Shown here: positions 28,442 through 41,845 of the stretch, one piece after another | How the letters are laid out: every line of letters starts with the position of its first letter | Numbering within the stretch: the stretch's first letter is position 1 | NCBI GenBank assembly: GCA_964016885.1 | Contig: CAXHJY010001168.1 | Coordinates: 39,411-103,410 of the forward strand | Direction of reading: 5' to 3' | Length of the DNA stretch: 64,000 nucleotides | Origin: Eledone cirrhosa | Taxonomy: Eukaryota | Position numbers and translations under genes: made by a program | Notes under the pieces: generated by a model | What the model was told of the DNA's origin: nothing | The model's input: the letters and a program-made list of their open reading frames with translations, nothing else | Database searches by the model: none

Positions 28442-29441
28442 TGTATATATATATGTATGTATATATATATGTATATATATATGTATGTATATATATATAT
28501 GTATGTATATATGTATGTATATATATATGTATATATATGTATGTATATATATATATGTATGTATATATGTATGTATATATATATGTATGTATATATATAT
28601 GTATATATATATATGTATGTATATATGTATGTATATATATATGTATGTATATATGTATATATATATATGTATGTATATATGTATGTATATATATATGTAT
28701 GTATATATGTATATATATATATATATGTATGTATATATGTATATATATATATATATGTATGTATATATGTATATATATATATATGTATGTATATATGTAT
28801 ATATATATGTATGTATATATGTATATATATATATATATGTATGTATATATGTATATATATATATATATGTATGTATATATGTATATATATATATATATGT
28901 ATGTATATATGTATATATATATATATATGTATGTATATATGTATATATATATATATATGTATGTATATATGTATATATATATATATATGTATGTATATAT
29001 GTATATATATATATATATGTATGTATATATGTATATATATATATATATGTATGTATATATGTATATATATGTATGTATATATGTATATATATATATATAT
29101 GTATGTATATATGTATATATATATATATATGTATGTATATATGTATATATATATATATATGTATGTATATATGTATATATATATATATATGTATGTATAT
29201 ATGTATATATATATATATATGTATGTATATATGTATATATATATATATATGTATGTATATATGTATATATATATATGTATGTATATATGTATATATATAT
29301 ATGTATGTATATATGTATATATATATATATATGTATGTATATATGTATATATATATATATGTATGTATATATGTATATATATGTATGTATATATGTATAT
29401 ATATATATATATGTATGTATATATATATATATATGTATGTA

Positions 29442-29508
<67 letters not shown>

Positions 29509-29907
29509 GTATGTATATATGTATATATATATATATGTATGTATATATGTATATATATATATATATGTATGTATATATGTATATATATATATATATATGT
29601 ATGTATATATGTATATATATATATATATATATGTATGTATATATATATATATATATGTATGTATATATATATATATATATGTATGTATATATATATATAT
29701 ATATATGTATGTATATATGTATATATATATATATATGTATGTATATATGTATATATATATGTATGTATATATATATATATATATGTATGTATATGTATGT
29801 ATATATATATATGTATATATGTATGTATATATATATATGTATGTATATGTATGTATATATATATATGTATATATGTATGTATATATATATATATGTATAT
29901 ATGTATG

Positions 29908-29940
<33 letters not shown>

Positions 29941-29994
29941 GTGTATATATATATGTATATGTATGTATGTATATATGTATGTATGTATATATAT
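28104..29994. repeat. (TA)n/(TATG)n field with 30-bp higher-order periodicity
   Basis: Perfect 30-bp units (e.g. ATATATATGTATGTATATATGTATATATAT) at ~28800-29270. Confidence 0.95.
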
Positions 29995-30603
29995 GTCAGG
30001 TCACCAGTTGGTGCTACTGGTAACATGTATTCCAGTACAACCTGTCCCATGGTCGGGTCGTTGGCGACTAAACTGGCAACCCCACCAAGGTTTCTTGGTG
30101 AGGAGGGTGACTTTGGACATCCTGCAGGACTAAAAACAAAACCTGTCAAAAGGCAAAGGAGCTCTTAAGAGTCAACGGCCATCCAAAATCACCGGGAGAG
30201 ATGACCCCTTAGCCTTTGTCAAGGCAGAATTCTAGGAGAAGGAAAACTCTGATATAACACCTGCAACCCTGATGGTATCCAATGATGTTGACTTGTTCTT
30301 CTTTTTGGTAAATATCATCTTGGTTAAGAGAGTGGGACTGGCTTTGTGCAGTGCCTTTGCTCACTATAAAAGCTTCACGGCACAGGCATTGCTTTATATC
30401 TGGAGATCTCTCTGCATTTGTCGTCACATGGTACCATGGGCCCAGCACTATGTGTCAATAATTGTCACAAGTGTAGTATTTGTACCAGAGCTTTCAAGTC
30501 GCTGGCTGGACTAAAAAGTCACACTCGTTCAGCGCATCAGTAGGGGTTCTCCTACATGGATATAAAGTAGTGGCCGTACTCGAAAACGAGTTGGCAGCCA
30601 CCA
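29995..30603 (+). mobile_element. Bipartite RTE derivative, copy 4 (full length)
   Basis: Same 5' start GTCAGGTCACC and 3' end GCAGCCACCA. Confidence 0.9.
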
Positions 30604-30960
30604 TGTATATATATATGTATGTATGTATATATATATGTATGTATATATATATGTATGTATATATATATGTATGTATATATATATGTATGTATGTATATAT
30701 ATATGTATGTATGTATATATATATGAATGTATATATATATGTATGCATATATATGTATGTATATATATATGTATATATATATATATATATGTGTATATAT
30801 ATGTGTATGTATATATGTATATATATGTGTATATATATGTGTATATATATATGTATATATATATGTATATATATATGTGTATATATGTGTATATATATAT
30901 GTATATATATATATGTATATATATATATGTATATATGTATATGTATATATGTATATGTAT

Positions 30961-31006
<46 letters not shown>

Positions 31007-32575
31007 GTATATATATATATATGTGTATATATATATATATATATGTATGTATATATATATGTGTATATATATATATATATATGTATGTATATATATATGT
31101 GTATATATATATATATATATGTATGTATATATATATGTGTATATATATATATATATATGTATGTATATATATATGTGTATATATATATATATATGTATGT
31201 ATATATGTATGTATATATATATGTGTATATATATATATATATAATATAATAAATAAATAACAAAGAACGCTTATAGCATATGCATATCTTTACTTGCTAA
31301 CATTGTTTCATCCGCACTATATATATATATATATGTATGTATATATATATGTATGCATATATATATATGTATATATATATGTGTATATATATATATATAT
31401 ATGTGTATATATATATATATATATGTGTATATATATATATATATATGTATGTATATATATATATGTATATATATATGTGTATATATATGTATGTATATAT
31501 ATATATGTATATATATATGTGTATATATATATATATATATGTGTATATATATATATATATATGTATGTATATATATATGTATATATGTATGTATATATAT
31601 ATGTATATATGTATGTATATATATATGTATATATGTATGTATATATATATGTATATATGTATGTATATATATATGTATGTATATATATATGTATATATAT
31701 ATGTATATATGTATGTATATATATATGTATATATATATGTATATATATATGTATATATATATGTATATATATATGTGTATATATATATGTATATATATAT
31801 GTATATATATATGTGTATATATATATGTGTATATATATATATATATGTATGTATATATGTATGTATATATATATGTATATATATATGTATATATATATGT
31901 GTATATATATGTATATATATATGTATATATATATGTATATATATATGTGTATATATATGTATATATATATGTGTATATATATGTATATATATGTGTATAT
32001 ATATATATATATGTATGTATATATATATGCATATATATATGCATATATATATGTATATATATATGCATATATATATATGTATATATATATGTGTATATAT
32101 ATATGTATATATATATGTATATATATATGTGTATATATATGTGTATATATATATGTATATATATATGTATATATATATGTATATATATATGTGTATATAT
32201 ATGCATATATATATGTATATATATATGCATATATATATATGCATATATATATATGCATATATATATGTATATATATATGCATATATATATATGCATATAT
32301 ATATATGCATATATATATGTATATATATATGCATATATATATGTATATGCATATGTATATGTATATGTATGTATGTATGTATATATGTATGTATATATCT
32401 ATGTATATATATATCTATATATATATCTATGTATATATCTATGTATATATATATCTATGTATATATCTATGTATATATATATATGTATATATATATCTAT
32501 GTATATATCTATGTATATATATATATGTATATATATGTATGTGTATGTATATATATATATGTATGTATATATATG
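30604..32575. repeat. (TA)n variant field with a ~65-bp unique island (31255-31320)
   Basis: Direct. TATG, TGTA, TGCA and TCTA variants occur in blocks. Confidence 0.95.
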
Positions 32576-35500
32576 TTTTCTCTTTCTCTTAATTTCGAGT
32601 ATATTTTTTTTTGACCGGCCACCTTCCTGGTGGCAAGGTTGTAAAAGAAAAGAAATTGTCATCCCTTGAATCGCAAGAATGTTTTGCATATTTTGAAGGT
32701 GCCAGCTATCGCAGCCATTTGTAGACTATGAATTAGGGAGCTGCGCTTTTTGTCCGCAAATCCAAGTTCGGTCATACTTTGGTCCAAGCGGGTTGGTATA
32801 TAGCCCGTAGCACCAATAATGATGGGTATGAAGCTAAAGGTGTATCTTGGATACTGGATTTGTAAGCTCCTCATCAATGGTCCGTAGATGTCCTCCTTCT
32901 CCTGTATTTTTCTGACAACGTTTACATCAAGTGGGCAGCTGATCTCCACAACAGAACACGTTTTCAATGTGTGGTCCCAAACTACAATATCAGGCCGGTT
33001 GTGCTTTAATTTGGTGGCAGTTTTTATTTTCAGGTTCCACCAGTATTCCTTAGTGCCATCTGTCTCAATATATTCTTCCTCGTTTGTTGTTAATTTTGTT
33101 TTCCGAAGTGCGTTCCAGATAGTTCTAGCTATCCCATCGTGTCTCATGGGGAGGTAGTAGCGAGATGACATTCTTTCGCAGCTGGCAACAATGTGGCTTA
33201 CATCCTCGATCTTTGTTTTACATAGCCTACATTTATTGTCAGCTGCTGGCCCTCCTCTTTTGTGCAGCAGATATTTGGTAGGGAGTTCTTGTTCCTGTAT
33301 TGCATAGAGATATCCCTCAAGGTGTGATGTCATAAACTTGTCGGAACTCCATGCCAGGCTTTTTGAGTGGTTTATCCCCTCTATGGTCTGTGTTTTACGC
33401 CTCAAGTATCCATGCACAACTTTCTCTGTAAATTGGTCAATTTTTTTCTTGTTTGAACATTGAATAGGATCTTCCGATTTCTCTGGGTGAGAGATTTATA
33501 TCAGGCTTTATTCCATATCTCTCCTCCAGATCAGTCGCTATTCTAATGATATTTCTTTTTTCATGCTCATAAACCCGAGCAAGATGGTCGCCAACCTTTT
33601 TCCTCTGTTGAAGGTGTTGCTTCAGTGTTACTATCCGGGTCTCATATGTTGTTAATATTGATTTTAGACCCCGGCCACCTTCCTTGCGTGAGAAGTATAG
33701 CCTATCCACATCACCATTGATGTTAAAGTTCCCAGTAACACTGAGAAGTTTTCGAGTTCTAACATCCATCTCACTTAGTTCTTGCAATGACCAGTTCAGT
33801 AGGCCAAATGTTGGCGTTAGAATTGGCACAGCATAGGTATTGTGGGCAATGTATTTGTTGTATGCTGACAGTTCTGATGACCATATTTTTTTTACTCTTC
33901 TGAGGTATTCAGTTCTGGTTCTCTCCTTATTTATGGGTCCATCATATCTGGCATTCTCATCCTGTCCAAGATATCTGTAGTTGTCACCTGACTGCAGAGG
34001 TTGTATTGTCAGGCCGTTCATCTCTAGATTTCTAGAGGAGGGCACAGCTCTTCCACGTTTTACTGCCAAATATGCACACTTGGACTCACCAAATTTCATT
34101 TTGATGTCGGTTGAAAATTGTGTAATGAGGTCCAATTGTTTCTTGATGTCATTGATATTTGGCCCATACAACTTCAGGTCATCAACAAAGAAAAGATGGG
34201 AGATACTTCTGGGCCCACTTCTTTGTCCACCTTGTTTCCTGAGTAGGTAAGATAGTGGATTCAGTGAGAGAACGAAGAGTAGTACTGACAAGCTATCACC
34301 CTGAAAGATGCCCTTCTGGTAATGTATCCTATCAGTCTTAACCTGCTCCTTCTCACCTCTAAGGATCAAATTGGTGTACCAGTTCTTGGTCAGGCGTTCA
34401 ACAGCAGCTACTAATGGTTGTGGGACTTTAGCTAACTGTAAAGCCTTAATAATCCACCCATGAGGTACACTATCAAATGCTTTTTGATAGTCCAGCCACA
34501 CGACAGTCATGTTTCTGCGATTCTTTGTTGTTTTTTCCTGAATCATTTTGTTAGTTAGTAGGTGATCTATGCAACCCCACACCTCCCTCTTTCCACCAGC
34601 TTGCTCAGGTGTTATGATGTTGTTGGTAGCACAGTGATCCTGTAAGAACAGGTTAAGGCACCCAGTATATAATTTATACATGATGTTTTGGCAGGCAATT
34701 GGGCGGTAATTTTTAGCAAGGGTGGTTTGGCTATTTTGGGGAATGAGGAGAGTAGTGGCAGTTGATAACCATCTGGGCAGTTCTTGTGTGCCCTTAATGG
34801 TTTCTGTAAACAGCCGTATGAGATCTTGCCGATAGAAAGTGAAATTCTTCAACCAGTATCCTGTAATGAGGTCTGGGCCTGGCGATTTCCTATTCGACAT
34901 TTTCTGTAGAGCTGTTTCCAGTATTGACCCATCTATGTCATATTGTTTTGTCTGGACATGTTGGCAGTAGTCCTGTTCCAGTTGTTTTAGCCAATTAGCT
35001 TGTCTGTTGAATCCGTCATCCGTTTCCCATACAGATCTCCAGTAGTTCTCAACCTGTTCTTTTGAAGGGGTGTCGTTTACAGGGATTGAGCTTTTGCCAC
35101 CGAAGCTGCGATAAACTGATTTAGGATCTCTGGCAAACAATCTATTTAGCACTTGTCGTTTATGGGCTGTTGACTTATATTTTAGTCTTTCTGTTGTAGC
35201 TGTGAGTTGTTGTTTCAACTGGTGTAATTTGGAGTTCAAAGTTTTAAATTTGGTATCTCCAAATCGTCTCTCTAACTTTTTCTTTAGGTCTTCCTGGTGT
35301 CGTGTGAAGTTTCTCTCTATGTTGCATTTCATAACGACTGCGATGTGTGAGATACTTCGTCTCAGGGACAAAATTTTGGTTTTTAAATTTCGCATCCACG
35401 CTGGTTCAGGCTTTCTGTTTGTATCTTGATTGCGTGGTTTTAGATGTGTGTTATATGATAGCAATGTGACAGCTGAAACATATAACAAAACATTGAGCGT

Positions 35501-36796
35501 TTCAAATGTCGTTTCTACACCTTTAGATCGTATAGCCTTCAGATAATTGCCAGCTATTTCGTTCACCGCTTCCAATTCCAATTTAGTGGGTTCTTTACTG
35601 ACTCTAGTGTTGTATGGTCTGTCACTCACATTAAGGCTGTGTATCTCTTGAAACATATCGTTCCATATCACTTGTAGGGTGCCCACAAGTTTTTGGTGCT
35701 CTGTTTGTTCAGTAGAGTCATGAATTGCAGCCTCGTTGTTGATGTGGTGACAATTACTACTAGAGTCAGCTGACCTTTCTCGCTGTTCTTCAGTGGAAGT
35801 GGGATGGATTTCAGCAAAATTGTTGGTGAGCTGTTCACTGTTAGATTTAGCTGGCCTTTCTCTTTGTCTGTCAGTGGAGGTGGGGTGGTTGTCTACAAGG
35901 GCTGTATTTGTAGTATCACTCGATTCCGTTAGATGTATCAATTTACATCTAATGATACGTTTTGCCTGTTCATTTAGATGCTTTGGAGAAAAGTCTAATT
36001 CTGGGTGTTTGGAGTTCCATAAAGTTTTTAGCCTTTGCATAAAACCGAACTTTTGGGGTTCAGATTGTTTGTATGCTTCATATAATTCTTTGTTAAGCTC
36101 GCAGCTCCACTGTATACAACGGTTGTAATTGCGATTTGGTCGAAGGAGACTTGTACTTTTTGCCATGATGAGTTCGTCTATTCACTAATATTTTGTATTT
36201 ATTTTTTTAAAATAGTCGATGATCTTCTTTAAAAGTTACGACAAAGTTCTGTCAGAATCAAATTTAAAGTTATTCACAGCTTGGGTAATATTTCTTTTCA
36301 GTTAGTTTTAAATTCTACAACTGTGTTTTAAACGTTGTTCTCGAATCGTTTGAATCGAGAACAAAAAGAACCGTTACTTAGTATATTCCTTTACGAATGT
36401 AATATAATATAACAACGCTGTATTTATATGTTAAAGTTTATGTATCATTCATATAAATAGGTGTTCTACAACATATTCACAACATTCACAGTTCAAACAC
36501 TTATATTTTTGTTTGTGAATCGAAAACGTTACTTTTATATTTCTTTATAAATGTAATATAACAACGTTGCATTTATATGTTAAGGTGTATGTAGCGTTCA
36601 TATATCATAAGTGTATGTATCGTTCATATAAATAGGTGTTTTACAACACACTTACAGTTCAAACACTTATGTAGAATTATTGTATGTAATCTTACCGCGT
36701 AATGTAGCTCAACTTTTTCCAATATATGGTATGATGCCTTCATGTAAGCCGTAATTACACACTTCCGATTATCGGACACTGACCACAACGGTCGCC
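32576..36796 (-). mobile_element. Near full-length R4/Dong-type non-LTR retrotransposon (RT plus restriction-like endonuclease) in (TA)n
   Basis: ~630-bp 5'UTR with an internal ~165-bp diverged duplication, a single ORF, and a short 3'UTR with a GCCACC-AGGAA-GGTGGC hairpin. Both ends abut TA/TATG repeats. Confidence 0.9.
32659..36166 (-). CDS. RT / CCHC zinc knuckle / PD-(D/E)xK endonuclease polyprotein, split by one frameshift at ~33440
   Basis: RT motifs [51 protein letters not shown]; then CRLC..HIVASC, RHD and NRPDIVV..VVEISCP..KEDIY. Removing one A from an A7 run joins the two frames ([14 protein letters not shown]). Confidence 0.92.
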
Positions 36797-36861
36797 ATAT
36801 GTATATATGTATGTATATATATATGTATGTATATATATATGTATGTATATATATATGTATG

Positions 36862-36941
<80 letters not shown>

Positions 36942-36947
36942 TGTATG

Positions 36948-36987
<40 letters not shown>

Positions 36988-37063
36988 TTCATGTATATAT
37001 ATATGTATATATATATTCATGTATATATATATGTATGTATATATATGTATATATATATTCATG

Positions 37064-37102
<39 letters not shown>

Positions 37103-37107
37103 TCATG

Positions 37108-37263
<156 letters not shown>

Positions 37264-37288
37264 TGTATGTATATATATATGTATGTAT

Positions 37289-37775
37289 ACATCCTGCAGG
37301 ACTAAAAACAAAACCTGTCAAAGGGCAAAGGAGCTCTTAAGAGTCAATGGCCATCCAAAATCACCGGGAGAGATGACCCCTTAGCCTTTGTCAAGGCAGA
37401 ATTCTAGGAGAAGGAAAACTCTGATATAACACCTGCAACCCTGATGGTATCCAATGATGTTGACTTGTTCTTCTTTTTGGTAAATATCATCTTGGTTAAG
37501 AGAGTGGGACTGGCTTTGTGCAGTGCCTTTGCTCACTATAAAAGCTTCACGGCACAGGCATTGCTTTATATCTGGAGATCTCTCTGCACTTGTCGTCACA
37601 TGGTACCATGGGCCCAGCACTATGTGTCAATAATTGTCACAGGTGTAGTGTTTGTACCAGAGTTTTCAAGTCGCTGGCTGGACTAAAAAGTCACACTTGT
37701 TCAGGGCATCGGTAGGGGTTCTCCTATATGGATATGAAGTAGTGGCCGTACTCGAAAACGAGTTGGCAGCCACCA
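37289..37775 (+). mobile_element. Bipartite RTE derivative, copy 5 (5'-truncated)
   Basis: Starts ACATCCTGCAGG, ends GCAGCCACCA. Confidence 0.9.
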
Positions 37776-37777
37776 TG

Positions 37778-37848
<71 letters not shown>

Positions 37849-37849
37849 G

Positions 37850-37884
<35 letters not shown>

Positions 37885-38002
37885 GTATATATGTATATAT
37901 GTGTATATGTATATATATGTATGTATGTATATGTATATATGTATATATATATATGTATATATATATATGTATATATATGTACATATGTATATATATGTAT
38001 AT

Positions 38003-38611
38003 GTCAGGTCACCAGTTGGTGCTACTGGTAACATGTATCCCAGTACAACCTGTCTCATGGTCGGGTCGTTGGCGATTAAACTGGCAACCCCACCAAGGTT
38101 TCTTGGTGAGGAGGGTGACTTTGGACATCCTGCAGGACTAAAAACAAAACCTGTCAAAGGGTAAAGGAGCTCTTAAGAGTCAATGCCATCCAAAATCACC
38201 GGGAGAGATGACCCCCTTAGCCTTTGTCAAGGCAGAATTCTAGGAGAAGGAAAACTCTGATATAACACCTGCAACCCTGATGGTATCCAATGATGTTGAA
38301 TTGTTCTTCTTTTTGGTAAATATCATCTTGGTTAAGAGAGTGGGACTGGCTTTGTGCAGTGCCTTTGCTCACTATAAAAGCTTCACAGCACAGGCATTGC
38401 TTTATATCTGGAGATCTCTCTGCACTTGTCGTCACATGGTACCATGGGCCCAGCACTATGTGTCAATAATTGTCACAAGTGTAGTGTTTGTACCAGAGTT
38501 TTCAAGTCGCTGGCTGGACTAAAAAGTCACATTCGTTCAGCGCATTGGTAGAGGTTCTCCTACATGGATATAAAGTAGTGGCCGTACTCGAAAACGAGTT
38601 GCCAGCCACCA
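38003..38611 (+). mobile_element. Bipartite RTE derivative, copy 6 (full length)
   Basis: Starts GTCAGGTCACC, ends CCAGCCACCA. Confidence 0.9.
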
Positions 38612-38670
38612 TATATATATATGTATATATATGTATATGTATATATATATGTATATGTATATATATATGT

Positions 38671-38702
<32 letters not shown>

Positions 38703-39027
38703 GTATATATATATGTATATATATGTATATGTATATATATATATGTACATATATATATGTATATATATATATGTATATGTATGTATATGTATATGTATAT
38801 GTATGTATATGTATATGTATATATATATGTACATATATATATGTACATATGTATATGTATATATATATATATATATGTATATATATGTATATGTATATAT
38901 ATATATGTACATATATATATGTACATATGTATATGTATATATATATATGTACATATATATATGTACATATGTATATGTATATATATATATGTACATATAT
39001 ATATGTACATATGTATATGTATATATG

Positions 39028-39059
<32 letters not shown>

Positions 39060-39253
39060 TGTACATATATATATGTACATATATATATATATGTATGTAT
39101 ATGTATATATATATATATGTATATATATATGTATATATATATGTATATATATATATATATGTATATGTATATATATATGTATATGTATATATATATATAT
39201 GTATATGTATATGTATATATATATGTATATATATATATATGTATATGTATATG

Positions 39254-39284
<31 letters not shown>

Positions 39285-39564
39285 GTATATGTATATATAT
39301 ATATATGTATATATATGTATATGTATATATATATATATGTATATATATATGTATATATATATGTATATGTATATATATGTATATGTATATGTATATATAT
39401 GTATATGTATATATATATATGTATATATATATGTATATATATATGTATATATATATGTATATATATATGTATATATATATGTATATATATATGTATATAT
39501 ATATGTATATATATATGTATATATATATGTATATGTATATATATGTATATATATATGTATATGT

Positions 39565-39598
<34 letters not shown>

Positions 39599-39600
39599 GT

Positions 39601-39634
<34 letters not shown>

Positions 39635-39636
39635 GT

Positions 39637-39670
<34 letters not shown>

Positions 39671-40080
39671 GTATATATATGTATATGTATATATATATGT
39701 ATATGTATATATATATGTATATGTATATATATATATATGTATATGTATATATATATATGTATATGTATATATATATATGTATATATATATATGTATATAT
39801 ATATATGTATATATATATATATGTATATATATATGTATATATGTATATATATATATATGTATATATATATGTATATATATATATGTATATATATATATAT
39901 GTATATATATATGTATATATATATGTATATATATATATGTGTATATGTATGTATATGTATATATATATGTATATATATATGTATATATGTGTATATGTAT
40001 ATGTATATATATGTATATATATATATATGTATATATATGTATATATATGTATATATATATATATGTATATATACATATAC

Positions 40081-40111
<31 letters not shown>

Positions 40112-40269
40112 CATATATATATATATACATATATATACATATACATATACACATATATACATATATATATACATATATATATACATATACATATATATAC
40201 ATATACATATATATATATATACATATATATACATATACACATATATATATACATATATATATATATACA
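38612..40269. repeat. (TA)n variant field; TG-to-CA polarity switch at ~40070
   Basis: Direct. Confidence 0.95.
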
Positions 40270-40890
40270 TGCTACTGGTAACATGTATCCCAGTACAACC
40301 TGTCTCATGGTCGGGTCGTTGGCGACTAAACTGGCAACCCCACCAAGGTTTCTTGGTGAGGAGGGTGACTTTGGACATCCTGCAGGACTAAAAACAAAAC
40401 CTGTCAAAGGGCAAAGGAGCTCTTAAGAGTCAATGGCCATCCAAAATCACCGGGAGAGATGACCCCTTTAGCCTTAGTCAAGGCAGAATTCTAGGAGAAG
40501 GAAAACTCTGATATAACACCTGCAACCCTGATGGTATCCAATGATGTTGACTTGTTCTTCTTTTTGGTAAATAGCATCTTGGTTAAGAGAGTGGGACTGG
40601 CTTTGTGCAGTGCCTTTGCTCACTATAAAAGCTTCACGGCACAGGCATTGTTTTATATCTGGAGATCTCTCTGCACTTGTCCTCACATGGGCCCAGCACT
40701 ATGTGTCAATAATTGTCCTACCATGGGCCTAGCACTATGTGTCAATAATTGTCACAGGTGTAGTGTTTGTACCAGAGGTTTCAAGTCGCTGGCTGGACTA
40801 AAAAGTCACACTCGTTCAGCGCTTCGGTAGGGGTTATCCTACATGGATGTAAAGTAGTGGCCGTACTCGAAAACGAGTTGGCAGCCACCA
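40270..40890 (+). mobile_element. Bipartite RTE derivative, copy 7 (17-bp 5' truncation, small internal duplication)
   Basis: Starts TGCTACTGG. The ATGGGCC(C/T)AGCACTATGTGTCAATAATTGTC segment is duplicated. Ends GCAGCCACCA. Confidence 0.9.
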
Positions 40891-40920
40891 TGTATATATA
40901 TATGTATGTATATGTATATA

Positions 40921-41340
40921 TAACTTTGAATAACTTTGAAATGTTTTGGCCAGTATTGGCCCAGGCCATGTCTAACTTAATAGCACCACCTGGCGATGTC
41001 TTTCAATTCAGGATTTGGGCACCATGGCCCATTCGAGAAGAGAATTACTGTTTGCGGAGATATATCCGGGTGTGGGTGGTTTGTCCGGGATTACTTGGAG
41101 GAATTTGTCCAAAGACTTCTTGAATTTTGTGTGGTCAGTTTCTGTTTTGACGTGTCCTGGTGTGATGTTGAAGAGAGCAGGGCCGATTGAGGTGAAATAA
41201 TTGTGCCGTATTGTTGTTATGAGTTGCGATTTAGATTTTTGAATGGGACGGATAGCACGGGGCCCAAGCCTTGGGTGTATCTTGAAGGCGATGCCAACAT
41301 CATTTGGGCAGTGATGATGGAACATTTTCCACATCATGCA
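40921..41340 (-). mobile_element. CR1-type LINE 3' fragment, second subfamily, with (TTCAAAGTTA)2 tail
   Basis: [49 protein letters not shown]. 3'UTR CATGGCCTGGGCCAATACTGGCCAAAACA. Confidence 0.85.
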
Positions 41341-41845
41341 TATATATGCATATGTATATATATATATGTATGTATATATGTATGTATATGTATATATGTA
41401 TGTATATGTATATATGTATGTATATGTATATATGTATGTATATATATATATGTATGTATATATATATATGTATGTATATGTATATATATGTGAATGTATG
41501 TATATATATGTATGTATGTATGTATATATATGTATATGTATGTATGTATATGTATATGTATGTATATATATGTATATGTATGTATATATATGTATATGTA
41601 TGTATATATATGTATATGTATGTATATATATGTATATGTATGTATATATATGTGTATGTATATGTATGTATGTATATGTATATGTATATGTATATATATG
41701 TATATGTATATGTATATATATATATGTATGTATATGTATGTATATATATATATGTATGTATATGTATGTATATATATATATGTATGTATATGTATGTATA
41801 TATATATATGTATGTATATGTATGTATATGTATGTATATATATAT

